From Lama glama (lineage: Eukaryota), in contig CM052828.1 in the NCBI GenBank assembly GCA_028534125.1, forward strand, positions 2,170,001-2,234,000: a stretch of 64,000 bases of DNA, in the 5' to 3' direction. This document shows, piece after piece, positions 63,820 to 64,000 of this stretch; the stretch's first letter is position 1; each line of letters opens with the position of its first letter. The position numbers and the translations under genes were made by a program. Below the pieces are notes generated by a model. It did not search any database, had not been told where the DNA came from, and worked only from the letters and a program-made list of their open reading frames with translations.

Positions 63820-64000
63820 CTGGAAGGGCGGGAACACGTCTGAGCTCTCCCGCCTGAGTCCCCCCGGGGCCTGGGGCCCGGGGAGAGGCCCCAGCACAGG
63901 ATCCACAGCCTCCTCCTCGGGCTGTGCAGCCACGTGAGGCCCACGCGCGGGGCATCGTCTCAAAAGGCCAGTCACACCTCGGCTACCGGTCTCCTGCGTG

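Overview
Mammalian genomic DNA, GC-rich, most likely a camelid (alpaca, llama or camel), inferred from several tRNA-Ala(AGC)-derived SINE copies. Three intron-containing genes lie head-to-tail on the minus strand. (1) The 3' end of SPATA13/ASEF2: PH-domain exon, two terminal exons and a ~3.7 kb 3' UTR. (2) A complete single-copy C1QTNF9/CTRP9: 333 aa from three coding exons plus a candidate non-coding first exon. (3) MIPEP exons 1-14: 534 codons with the HEMGH zinc motif; exon 15 was not found, so the gene presumably continues left of the window. All exon boundaries were placed by hand at GT-AG sites, and the phases join into continuous frames. The rest is intron and intergenic DNA with L1, L2, MIR, MaLR and DNA-transposon fossils. 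I see no CRISPR-like or wholly new multi-gene system. The best leads are: an intact antisense PCOTH-like ORF overprinted on the C1QTNF9 collagen exon, in a frame that swaps Gly and Pro; a MIPEP mitochondrial presequence 17 aa shorter than human; a CAGGTG E-box/G4 minisatellite in C1QTNF9; and signs of AT-to-GC substitution bias in both repeats and SPATA13 protein. Comparisons with human proteins and repeat families are from memory and need alignment or RepeatMasker confirmation. Most ORFs in the supplied track are GC-rich noise.
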